From assembly GCA_046731735.1 (NCBI GenBank), contig JBKPLP010000155.1:14199-78198 (forward strand): a stretch of DNA of 64,000 nucleotides. The letters are read 5' to 3'. Under the pieces are notes generated by a model. That model did no database searches and was not told the DNA's origin. It was given only the letters and a program-made list of their open reading frames with translations. This stretch comes from Acidobacteriota bacterium (GTDB lineage Bacteria > Acidobacteriota > Vicinamibacteria > Vicinamibacterales > 2-12-FULL-66-21). Both the position numbers and the translations under genes were made by a program. Shown piece after piece: positions 9,225-18,578 of the stretch; within the stretch, counting starts at the first letter, position 1, and each line of letters opens with the position of its first letter.

Positions 9225-10661
9225 GTGACTGACTCCATGCTCATCACCGATCACCTGCGCAACGGGCGAAGCGAGGCGCCGGAGACCGTCCGGCACCCCG
9301 TGCGCCAGAGCGAACCACGCGTGCTCATCGCGGACGATCAATCGGACGTCCTCGAAGCGCTGCGGCTGCTGCTCAAGGCGGAAGGCTTTCAGCTCGAAAC
9401 CGCCTCGTCGCCGGCCGGCGTGCTGGCCGCGATTGAGGCGCGCGAATTCGACGTGGCGCTGATCGACCTGAACTACGCGCGCGACACGACGTCGGGCGAA
9501 GAAGGACTCAACCTGCTCTCCCGGATCCAGGGAATCGATCCCACCCTGCCGGTTGTCGTGATGACCGCGTGGGGCAGCGTCGAAGTCGCCGTCGAGGCGA
9601 TGCGGCGCGGCGCGCGCGATTTCGTGCAGAAGCCGTGGGACAACGCCCGGCTCCTCGCGATCATTCGCACGCAGATCGAACTGAGCCAGGCGCTCCGCAA
9701 AGGCCAGCGGCTCGAGGCCGAGAACTCGTTGCTTCGCGGCGAGGGGATGCCGAAGCTGATCGCGGAATCGGCCGCGATGCAGAACGTGCTGCAGGTCGTC
9801 TCGCGCGTCGGGCCGTCGGACGCGAACGTGCTGATCCTCGGCGAAAACGGTACCGGCAAGGGCGTCGTCTCGCGGGCGCTGCACGCGGTTTCGAGCCGGG
9901 CCTCGCGGCCGATGGTGGTGGTCAACTCGGGTGGCGTCTCCGAAGGCGTCTTCGAGAGTGAGCTGTTCGGGCACGTCCGCGGCGCGTTCACCGACGCGAA
10001 AACCGACCGCGTCGGCCGGTTCGAGCTCGCCGACCAGGGCACGCTGTTCCTCGACGAAATCGCCAACGTTCCCATGAGCCAGCAGCAGAAGCTGCTGCGG
10101 GTCATCGAGACCGGTGAGTTCGAGCGCCTCGGATCGTCACGGACCCGGCGCGTCGACGTTCGCATCATTTCGGCGACGAATGCCAACCTGGCGGACGAAG
10201 TCGCGGCGGGACGGTTCCGTCAGGATCTCCTCTTCCGGCTGAATACGATCGAAATCCGTGTGCCGTCGCTTCGTGACCGCCGCGAGGATCTGCCGCTGCT
10301 CGCGCAGCACTTCCTCCGGCAGCACGCGCAGCGCTATCGCAAGCGCCTCACTGGCTTCGAGAGCGGAGCGATGCAGATCCTGCTCGAGCACCCCTGGCCC
10401 GGCAACGTACGCGAGCTGGATCACGCGATCGAGCGCGCGGTGCTGATGGCGCCGGGGCCGCTCATAAAGGCAACCGATCTCGGGCTGCGCAGCGGAAGCG
10501 CAGCGGCCGGCCGGCTGGAAGACATGAGCCTCGAGGACGTCGAGTGCTTCCTCATCAAGAAGGCGATGACCCGCTTCGATGGCAATGTCAGCCAGGCGGC
10601 AAAGGCGTTGGGCTTGAGCCGTAGCGCTTTGTACCGACGGCTGCAGCGCTACGGTTTATGA
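9225..10661 (+). CDS. sigma-54-dependent Fis-family response regulator (NtrC type)
   Basis: REC domain, AAA+ domain (GENGTGKG, GAFTDA, ESELFGH) and a C-terminal Fis HTH. Start is either GTG 9225 or ATG 9237. Confidence 0.9.
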   Translation: MTDSMLITDHLRNGRSEAPETVRHPVRQSEPRVLIADDQSDVLEALRLLLKAEGFQLETASSPAGVLAAIEAREFDVALIDLNYARDTTSGEEGLNLLSRIQGIDPTLPVVVMTAWGSVEVAVEAMRRGARDFVQKPWDNARLLAIIRTQIELSQALRKGQRLEAENSLLRGEGMPKLIAESAAMQNVLQVVSRVGPSDANVLILGENGTGKGVVSRALHAVSSRASRPMVVVNSGGVSEGVFESELFGHVRGAFTDAKTDRVGRFELADQGTLFLDEIANVPMSQQQKLLRVIETGEFERLGSSRTRRVDVRIISATNANLADEVAAGRFRQDLLFRLNTIEIRVPSLRDRREDLPLLAQHFLRQHAQRYRKRLTGFESGAMQILLEHPWPGNVRELDHAIERAVLMAPGPLIKATDLGLRSGSAAAGRLEDMSLEDVECFLIKKAMTRFDGNVSQAAKALGLSRSALYRRLQRYGL

Positions 10662-10670
10662 GGGGTGCCA

Positions 10671-10730
10671 AGGTAAAAGGTAGAAGGTAAAAGGTAAAAG
10701 GTAAAAGGTAAAAGAGAGCTACCTTCTTCC
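10671..10730. repeat. heptamer tandem repeat AGGTAAA x6 (one AGGTAGA variant) followed by inverted CTACCTTCTTCC
   Basis: Read directly in the 69-bp spacer between the regulator and the kinase genes. Confidence 0.9.
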
Positions 10731-10736
10731 TTGACC

Positions 10737-12134
10737 ATGCAGCGCCCCAAACCCGAGCCGCGATTAAGCCACGATCGCCGAATCCTCCTGATGGCGTTCG
10801 CCTCGGGTCTTCCGGGCGCGGCCATCTCCCTCATCTTCCTGTGGACCGGCGATTTCACGCCGAAAGTCCAGTGGACGCTCACCGTCCTCATCATCACATT
10901 CTGCCTGGGCTTCGCCTTCGCGCTGCGCGAGCGCGTCGTGCTTCCGCTGCAGACGCTGTCGAACCTCCTCGCCGCGCTCGGCGAAGGGGACTTCTCGATT
11001 CGCGCGCGCGGTGCGCACGGCGGCGACCCGCTCGGCGAGGTCATGATCGAGGTCAACGCGCTCGTGGAGACGCTGCGCCACCAGCGCCTGGACGCGCTCG
11101 AGGCCACGACGCTGCTGCGAAAAGTCATGGCAGAGATCGAGGTGGCGGTCTTCACGTTCGACGAGACCCAGGAGCTCAAATTCGTGAATCGCGCCGGCGC
11201 GCAGCTCCTCAGCCAGCCGGCCGAGCGGCTGTTGGGACGCCGTGCCGACGAGATCGATCTGGCGGAGTGCCTTACGGGCGACGCGCCGCGCGTCATCAAC
11301 ACCGTGTTCCCGGGAGGCGTCGGCCGCTGGGAGATTCGGCGCAGCCAGTTCCGCCAGGGCGGACGGCCGCACGAACTGCTCGTGCTTTCGGATCTCAGTC
11401 AGCCGCTCCGCGAAGAGGAACGCCAGGCCTGGCAGCGGCTGATTCGCGTCATCGGGCACGAGATGAACAACTCGCTGGCGCCGATCAAATCGATCGCGGG
11501 CAGCCTGGCCACCATCGTCGATCGCGATCCGCCGCCGCGCGACTGGCGCGACGACGTCCAGCGTGGGCTGGGTGTCATTGCCTCGCGATCCGAGTCGCTC
11601 AGCCGATTCATGAGCGCGTACGCGCGGCTCGCCAAACTGCCGCCGCCCAAGCTGGCGCCGCTCGACGTTGCGGCATTCGTCGATCGCGTCGTGACGCTCG
11701 AGAAGGCGCACCACATTGGCGTCGCGCCCGGCCCGCGGCTGACGATTCAGGGTGACGGCGATCAGCTGGAGCAGCTCTTGATCAACCTCATTCGCAACGC
11801 CGTTGACGCGGTGAAGGAAACCGGAGGCGGGGTGACCGTGGGTTGGCAACGTCTGCCCGGGTCGGTGCCGCTGACGATGGAACTGTGGGTCGAGGATGAG
11901 GGCCCCGGCCTCTCGAATACCGGTAACCTCTTCGTTCCGTTCTTTACGACCAAGCCCGGAGGATCGGGTATCGGCCTCGTGCTGAGTCGGCAGATTGCCG
12001 AAGCACACGGCGGCAGCCTCGTGCTCGAGAACCGGAGCGATCGTCAGGGCTGCCGCGCCAGCCTTCGGCTCCCCGTCCACGCCCTGGCGCAGTTGCGCGC
12101 CGACGCCGCGGAATCCCAAATAGTCAGCCGTTAG
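10737..12134 (+). CDS. sensor histidine kinase (TM-HAMP-PAS-HisKA-HATPase)
   Basis: H-box GHEMNNSLAPI. N and G boxes (NLIRNAVDA, DEGPGL, GGSGIGL). Confidence 0.85.
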   Translation: MQRPKPEPRLSHDRRILLMAFASGLPGAAISLIFLWTGDFTPKVQWTLTVLIITFCLGFAFALRERVVLPLQTLSNLLAALGEGDFSIRARGAHGGDPLGEVMIEVNALVETLRHQRLDALEATTLLRKVMAEIEVAVFTFDETQELKFVNRAGAQLLSQPAERLLGRRADEIDLAECLTGDAPRVINTVFPGGVGRWEIRRSQFRQGGRPHELLVLSDLSQPLREEERQAWQRLIRVIGHEMNNSLAPIKSIAGSLATIVDRDPPPRDWRDDVQRGLGVIASRSESLSRFMSAYARLAKLPPPKLAPLDVAAFVDRVVTLEKAHHIGVAPGPRLTIQGDGDQLEQLLINLIRNAVDAVKETGGGVTVGWQRLPGSVPLTMELWVEDEGPGLSNTGNLFVPFFTTKPGGSGIGLVLSRQIAEAHGGSLVLENRSDRQGCRASLRLPVHALAQLRADAAESQIVSR

Positions 12135-12170
12135 GCGCGCGCTGCGATCTCCGCTACGATCTCCTCCTCG

Positions 12171-13288
12171 ATGTTGCGACGGATTTTTGACGGCCCTATT
12201 GATCTGTGGGCGTTCGGCTTGGCGCTTGCCGCCACGCTTGCCGCCGCGTGGCTGGCAGCTCGCATCGCCCGCCGCGTTACTGTCGTAGCCCTTACCGCGC
12301 TCGTCCGGGACACGGTTTCGTCGGCGAGCCCGCAGGTCAAACGGTTGCTGCGTCTGGTCGCCGCCGCGGCGTTCGTGTTAGCGGTCAGCGTCGTCCTGGT
12401 CCCGGCGCTCGATCTCGCCGGCCTGCGCCCGCGCCGCGGTGTCCATCTCGGTACCCTGGTGGACTGGGGCCTCACGTCAGGGCGCAGGCTCCTGCTGATC
12501 GCGATCCTTGCCTACGCGCTCATCCGTATGACGACGCTGGCAGTGCGGCGATTCGAGCACGAGGTCGGTCTCGGCAGCGGTCTTGACGCGCTCGAACGGG
12601 CGAAGCGCGCCCGGACTCTGGGCTCGGTCATTGAGCGCGTGGTGACCGTACTGGTGACCGGCGTCGCGGTCGTCATGGCCCTGGATTTGTTCGGCGTCAA
12701 CATCGGCCCTGTCCTGACCGGTGCCGGCATCGCCGGACTTGCGGTTGGTTTCGGCGCACAGACGCTGGTGCGCGACGTCATCAGCGGATTCTTCCTGATC
12801 CTGGAGAATCAAGTCCGCGTCGGTGACATCGCGACGATCAACGGAACGGAAGGTCTGGTGGAGGCGATCAACCTGCGGACGATCGTGCTGCGCGACCTCG
12901 AAGGCACCGTCCACGTCTTCCCGAACGGCGCCATCAACACGCTCGGCAATCGCAGCAAGGACTTCTCGTACTACGTGGTCGATCTCGCGGTGTCGTATTA
13001 CGACGATCCGGACCAGGTTGCCGAGGCGGTGCGCGAAGTCGGCGCCGGGCTGCAGGCCGACCCGGTGTTCGGGCCGTCAATCCTCGAGCCCATCGAGATT
13101 CTGGGAGTCGACGCGTTCGGCGAGTGGTCGGTGAAGATGAAGGTGCGGATACGCACGGTGCCGCTGAAACAGTGGGAGGTCGGGCGCGAGTTGCGGCGGC
13201 GGATCATCAAGACATTCGAGCAGCGCGGCTTCGCGATTCCGTTTCCGGTGCCCGCGACCGCGGTGAGGCCGCAGCCGCCGGCCGGCGC

Positions 13289-13295
<7 letters not shown>
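12171..13295 (+). CDS. mechanosensitive ion channel family protein (MscS-like)
   Basis: Several TM helices followed by an MscS beta-domain pattern ([17 protein letters not shown]...). Confidence 0.85.
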
Positions 13296-14173
<878 letters not shown>

Positions 14174-14180
14174 GGCCGCG

Positions 14181-14831
14181 TCAGTCCTTGTCGAAGTTCT
14201 GCTCGAGTCGCCGAATCTTCAGCAGACGCCGAACATATCGCGCTTCTTTCATGGCGGTCCCCATCCACGCGTCGACGATCTGGATCGCCGCGGCGGGGCC
14301 ATCGAGCAGGGCGGATCCAAGAGTGACGACGTTGGCGCCGTTATGCTCGCGCGAGTAGCGCGCGATCGTTTCGTTGAGGCACATCGCCGCGCGCACCCCG
14401 CGCACCTTGTTGGCGGCCATCGCGGAACCGATCCCGGCGCCGTCGATTACGATCCCGGCATCCGCCTCGCCGCGCGCCACGCTCCGCGCGACAGCGCCGG
14501 CGATATCCGGGTAATCGACGGGATCCGTTGTGTTCGTGCCGATATCGAGCACTGCCACGGCACGGCCGCGCAGGTGCGCGACGAGCGCGCTCTTCATGGC
14601 GAGGCCGGTATGATCGCTGCCGATCGTCACGCGTCTGATCTGAGCCGCCGGCGCCAGGTCGGGCGGCAGCGACGCATCGGAGGATCCCGCGAGGATCACC
14701 GTCACGCGGCGCGCGGCAAGGGTATCCTTCGCCAGCGGTGTCACATGGCCGCCGTTTGCGAGCTCCACCGTCGCGCCGATATCCAGCGTGCGCGCGTCGG
14801 CTTCGGTGATGATGTCGAATCGTTTCAGCAT
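14181..14831 (-). CDS. rpiB: ribose-5-phosphate isomerase B (RpiB/LacAB family) with ~65-aa N-terminal extension
   Basis: RpiB core ([32 protein letters not shown]). The extension is [45 protein letters not shown]. Confidence 0.85.
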   Translation of the reverse strand: MLKRFDIITEADARTLDIGATVELANGGHVTPLAKDTLAARRVTVILAGSSDASLPPDLAPAAQIRRVTIGSDHTGLAMKSALVAHLRGRAVAVLDIGTNTTDPVDYPDIAGAVARSVARGEADAGIVIDGAGIGSAMAANKVRGVRAAMCLNETIARYSREHNGANVVTLGSALLDGPAAAIQIVDAWMGTAMKEARYVRRLLKIRRLEQNFDKD

Positions 14832-14913
14832 GCTGCTGACTACCAGCGTTTCAAAACGGCGATCTCAATCAAGGATGTCCGCCGTCACGCTGCATTCCTG
14901 TCTTAAGAGCAGT

Positions 14914-15014
14914 ACAGGAGAAAGGGAGAACAGGAGAAATCGACGGACTCGTCGCTGATTCCCGCGGATTTCATTGCGGCCTCTCCTCTCCTCCCTTTCT
15001 CCCTTTCTCCTGTG
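14914..15014. repeat. inverted-repeat element, arms ACAGGAGAAAGGGAGAACAGGAGAAA / rc of CACAGGAGAAAGGGAGAAAGGGAGGAG
   Basis: Arms at 14914-14939 and 14980-15014 are complementary around a ~40-nt core. A related copy lies at 40153-40256. Confidence 0.85.
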
Positions 15015-15042
15015 TGATCTTGGGGCGGCTGTCAGTCGAATC

Positions 15043-15558
15043 TCACTGTCCATCGAGCACCGCAATGTACGATAGATTCCGGTACTTCTCGGCGTAATCC
15101 AATCCGTACCCCACGACGAACCGATCCTCGATGGTGAAACCGATGTACTCGACGGTGACATCCACCTGACGTCGCGACGGTTTGCTCAGGAGGCATGCGG
15201 TGCGGAGCGACTTGGGGGAGCGCGCGCGCAGAATGTCCTGCAGATACGTCAGCGTCAACCCGGTATCGACGATGTCCTCGACGATGATGACGTGGCGGCC
15301 CTCGAGTCCCGAATCGAGATCCTTCAGCAGCCGTACCTCGCCGGATGACTTGGTGCTCTTGGCATAGCTCGAGACGGCGATAAAGTCGACCGTGACCCGC
15401 GGTGTCATCGCCCGAATCAGGTCCGACATGAACACGAATCCCCCTTTGAGCACGCACACGAGATGAATCTCTTCACCCTCGGGGTAATCCCGCTCGATCT
15501 CTGCGGCAAGTTCCGTCACCCGCGACTGGATCGCGTCGTCGCGCAGCAGTACGTTCAT
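15043..15558 (-). CDS. hpt: hypoxanthine phosphoribosyltransferase
   Basis: 171 aa with the PRPP-binding motif VIIVEDIVDTGLT and typical Hpt N- and C-termini. Confidence 0.9.
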   Translation of the reverse strand: MNVLLRDDAIQSRVTELAAEIERDYPEGEEIHLVCVLKGGFVFMSDLIRAMTPRVTVDFIAVSSYAKSTKSSGEVRLLKDLDSGLEGRHVIIVEDIVDTGLTLTYLQDILRARSPKSLRTACLLSKPSRRQVDVTVEYIGFTIEDRFVVGYGLDYAEKYRNLSYIAVLDGQ

Positions 15559-16964
15559 CGAACCGCAGCCCTCACCTTCTCCGCGTATGCGCGCGCCTCG
15601 CTCAGCACGGCCGCCTCGTCGAGCGTCAGCACGCGGCGATCGCGCATCAGCACACGGCCATTCACGATGGTGTTCCTGACGTCGTCGCCGCGCGTGGTAT
15701 AGACGAGGTGCGACATGACGTCGTAAAGCGGCGTCTGCCGCGCCGCCCCCATCGACACGGTGATGACGTCGGCGCGCTTCCCGGGCTCGAGCGAGCCGAT
15801 CCGCTGTTCCAGGCCCAGCGCACGCGCGCCTTCGATCGTCCCCATTTCGAGCGCGGTTCGCGCCGGCACCGCGCGCGGATCGCCGGTCTGCAGCTTCGCC
15901 AGCAGGGCTGCCTGGCGGACGGCTTCGAACATATCGAGATCGTTATTGCTCGCGGCGCCGTCGGTGCCAATCCCGACGGCGATCCCGCTGCCGCGCATCG
16001 CGACGACCTTTGCCGCGCCGCTCGCCAGCTTCATGTTGCTCTCCGGATTGTGCGACACGCCGACGTGATGCCGCGCGAGGATCTGCATGTCGCCCGGCGT
16101 CAACCACACACCGTGGGCGGCCAGCGTGCGCGGGCCCGGTCCCGCTCCGGCCGCAGGACCCCAGAATCCAATCGTCTGCAGGTATGCGGCCGGCGTCGCC
16201 TTGTGCTTCTGCTGCGACGTCTTCATCTCGTCGCGGGTTTCCGAGAGGTGGATCAGCACCGGCGCGGCGGTGCGGATCGCCAGCGCACGCACCGACTTCA
16301 GCGTCGCGCTGTCCAGCGTGTACATCGAATGGGGCGCAATCGCCGGGACGATCAACTCGTCGCCGGCAAACTGCCGCAGAAACGCTTCGGTCCGCGCGAG
16401 TTCTTCGGCCGGCGTTTTCGCGTCGGCGACCGGGAACTGAATGATCGTCTGTCCGAGCACGCCGCGCAGACCGGCGGCCTTCGTGACCGCGGCGATCTCC
16501 TCCTCGAAGTAATACATGTCGGTGTAGGTCGTCGTCCCCGACTGGATCATTTCGAGCGCCGCCAGCCGCGTGCCGGCGCGGACGAAGTCCCGGCTGACGG
16601 TCTTCGCCTCGGCAGGAAAGATGTACTTCTGCAGCCACTCCATCAGCGCCAGATCGTCGGCCAGCCCGCGGTACAACACCATCGGCGCGTGGGTGTGGGT
16701 GTTGATGAGGCCCGGCATCACAACCTGGCCGGTTGCGTCGATCGTCTCCCGGGCGGTGAAGCGCGCCGCCACCGCGTCAGCCGTGTCGACGGCGACGACG
16801 TCCTGGCCGTCAATGGCAACAGCGCCGGGCGAGAGCACGCGTCCCGCGGCGTCCATGGTAACCACGGTGCCTCCCGTGATCAGGAGCGCAACCGGGCGCC
16901 GCGCCGGCTGCACGGCGACGGCAATCACCGCGCCGATCAGGAGCGCACTGATCCGCATGAACAT
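15555..16964 (-). CDS. amidohydrolase family protein (MTA/SAH-deaminase / chlorohydrolase-like), signal peptide
   Basis: HTHAPM metal-binding motif, and HLSET and DGAASNN motifs. N-terminal MFMRISALLIGAVIAVAV. Confidence 0.8.
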   Translation of the reverse strand: MFMRISALLIGAVIAVAVQPARRPVALLITGGTVVTMDAAGRVLSPGAVAIDGQDVVAVDTADAVAARFTARETIDATGQVVMPGLINTHTHAPMVLYRGLADDLALMEWLQKYIFPAEAKTVSRDFVRAGTRLAALEMIQSGTTTYTDMYYFEEEIAAVTKAAGLRGVLGQTIIQFPVADAKTPAEELARTEAFLRQFAGDELIVPAIAPHSMYTLDSATLKSVRALAIRTAAPVLIHLSETRDEMKTSQQKHKATPAAYLQTIGFWGPAAGAGPGPRTLAAHGVWLTPGDMQILARHHVGVSHNPESNMKLASGAAKVVAMRGSGIAVGIGTDGAASNNDLDMFEAVRQAALLAKLQTGDPRAVPARTALEMGTIEGARALGLEQRIGSLEPGKRADVITVSMGAARQTPLYDVMSHLVYTTRGDDVRNTIVNGRVLMRDRRVLTLDEAAVLSEARAYAEKVRAAVR

Positions 16965-17000
16965 GAAGCTGAAATTCTACCTCCGACCTGGATGGCGCTT

Positions 17001-17028
17001 TACCTTTTACCTTTTACCTCTTACCTTT
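17001..17028. repeat. heptamer tandem repeat TACCTTT x4 (reverse complement of the 10671 family)
   Basis: Fills most of the 69-bp divergent spacer between the amidohydrolase and upp genes. Confidence 0.9.
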
Positions 17029-17033
17029 AACGC

Positions 17034-17657
17034 GTGCCGGTCCACATCGTTTCCCATCCGCTGGTGCATGACGCGCTGGCCACCCTGCGCGATTCCTCGA
17101 CGCCTCCCGAACTGTTCCGGCGGATGGCCGTGCGGATCAGCCTGTTGCTGGCCGCTGAAGCCACGCGCGATGTACCGGGCACCGACGTCACGGTACAGAC
17201 GCCGCTCGGTCCAGCTTCAGGCCGCACCATTACCCATGATGTCGTCGTGGTCCCGGTGCTCAGGGCCGGCCTCGGCATGCTCGACGCGATCCTCGAGTTG
17301 ATCCCGACGGCGCGAGTCGGGCACATCGGGCTGCAGCGCGACGAGATCACCGCGGTCGCTTCGCAGTATTATTCGAAGCTGCCGGCGGATTTGAGCCGCA
17401 GCTTCGTGCTCATGATCGATCCCATGCTGGCCACCGGCGGCAGCGCGGTCGCGGCGCTCGACCTGCTGCGGCTGGCAGGGGCGAACGCCGTCCGCATGAT
17501 CTGCATCGTCGCCGCGCCGGAAGGAATCGCGCTGGTCGAGCAGCATCATCCCGACGTCGCGATCTATACCCCGGTCGTTGACCGGGGGTTGAACAGCCAC
17601 AAGTTCATCGTCCCGGGTCTGGGCGATTTCGGCGACCGGTTATACGGCACGACGTAG
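17034..17657 (+). CDS. upp: uracil phosphoribosyltransferase
   Basis: 207 aa, GTG start. Upp motifs (VPVLRAGLGM, IDPMLATGGS, GLGDFGDR). Confidence 0.9.
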   Translation: MPVHIVSHPLVHDALATLRDSSTPPELFRRMAVRISLLLAAEATRDVPGTDVTVQTPLGPASGRTITHDVVVVPVLRAGLGMLDAILELIPTARVGHIGLQRDEITAVASQYYSKLPADLSRSFVLMIDPMLATGGSAVAALDLLRLAGANAVRMICIVAAPEGIALVEQHHPDVAIYTPVVDRGLNSHKFIVPGLGDFGDRLYGTT

Positions 17658-17696
17658 GCGGGAACCGCGGTCGGCAGCGTCCACGAGGGTACGAGC

Positions 17697-18545
17697 ATGA
17701 AGAAGACAGGCGGCACGGCGACGGTCGAACGACGCGCGCAACAGCGCGTCTCGGATGAGAAGTGGCGCACCGCGCTGACCAGCATCCAGCCGAACAAAAT
17801 TCTCCTGCGCGGCTACCCGCTCGACGAGATCATGGGGCGGCTGTCGTTCGGCGAAGCGATCTACCTGCTGCTCATCGGGGAGTGCCCGACCCCTGCCATC
17901 GGACGCCTCATGGAAGCGCTGCTCGTGTCGTTCATCGATCACGGGGCGACGCCTCCCTCCACGCTCGCGGCGCGCAACACCGCGACCACCGGCGCCCCGC
18001 TCCGCGCGTGCGTGGCGGCAGGCGTCCTCGGATTCGGCCGCTATCACGGCGGCGACATCGAGAGCTGCATGCAGTTTCTCGATGCCGGACTCGAGCTCGT
18101 GCGAAAAGGCAAGTCGTATAGCGATGCCGCGACAGAGATCGTCGAGCGATGGGAACCGACCGGCGAAGCCCTGCCTGGCTTCGGCCACCGCTTTCACACG
18201 CGCGATCCACGCGCGACGCGGCTGTTCCAGATGGCGCTCGAGCTCGAAGTCGAAGGCACGCACATTCAGATGATTCGTGCGGTCGAGATGTTCCTCCACA
18301 CGCGGCATGGGCAGGATGAGGCGCCGATGCCGATCAACATCGACGGCGCCATCGCGGCGGTGTGCAGCGACCTCGGCATGCCGCCGGCCATCGCCAATGC
18401 GCTCTTCATCATCTCGCGTGTGCCGGGAATCGCCGCGCAGGCGCAGGAGGAGCGGGATCGCCAGCATCCGATGCGCCAAATCGACCCGAAGGACCATATC
18501 TACGACGGCCCTTCGGAGCGCCGGCTGCCGGAGCGGAGAAAGTAA
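17697..18545 (+). CDS. citryl-CoA lyase / citrate-synthase-like family protein
   Basis: Short citrate-synthase fold: LRGYPLDEIMG, HGGD..., PGFGHRFH, NIDGA. Confidence 0.7.
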   Translation: MKKTGGTATVERRAQQRVSDEKWRTALTSIQPNKILLRGYPLDEIMGRLSFGEAIYLLLIGECPTPAIGRLMEALLVSFIDHGATPPSTLAARNTATTGAPLRACVAAGVLGFGRYHGGDIESCMQFLDAGLELVRKGKSYSDAATEIVERWEPTGEALPGFGHRFHTRDPRATRLFQMALELEVEGTHIQMIRAVEMFLHTRHGQDEAPMPINIDGAIAAVCSDLGMPPAIANALFIISRVPGIAAQAQEERDRQHPMRQIDPKDHIYDGPSERRLPERRK

Positions 18546-18550
18546 CCGAA

Positions 18551-18578
18551 TCGCGACCCGCGAGCCGCGAACCGCGTC
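18551..18578. repeat. heptamer tandem repeat (T/C)CGCGAN x4
   Basis: TCGCGAC CCGCGAG CCGCGAA CCGCGTC fills the 33-bp convergent spacer. Confidence 0.8.
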
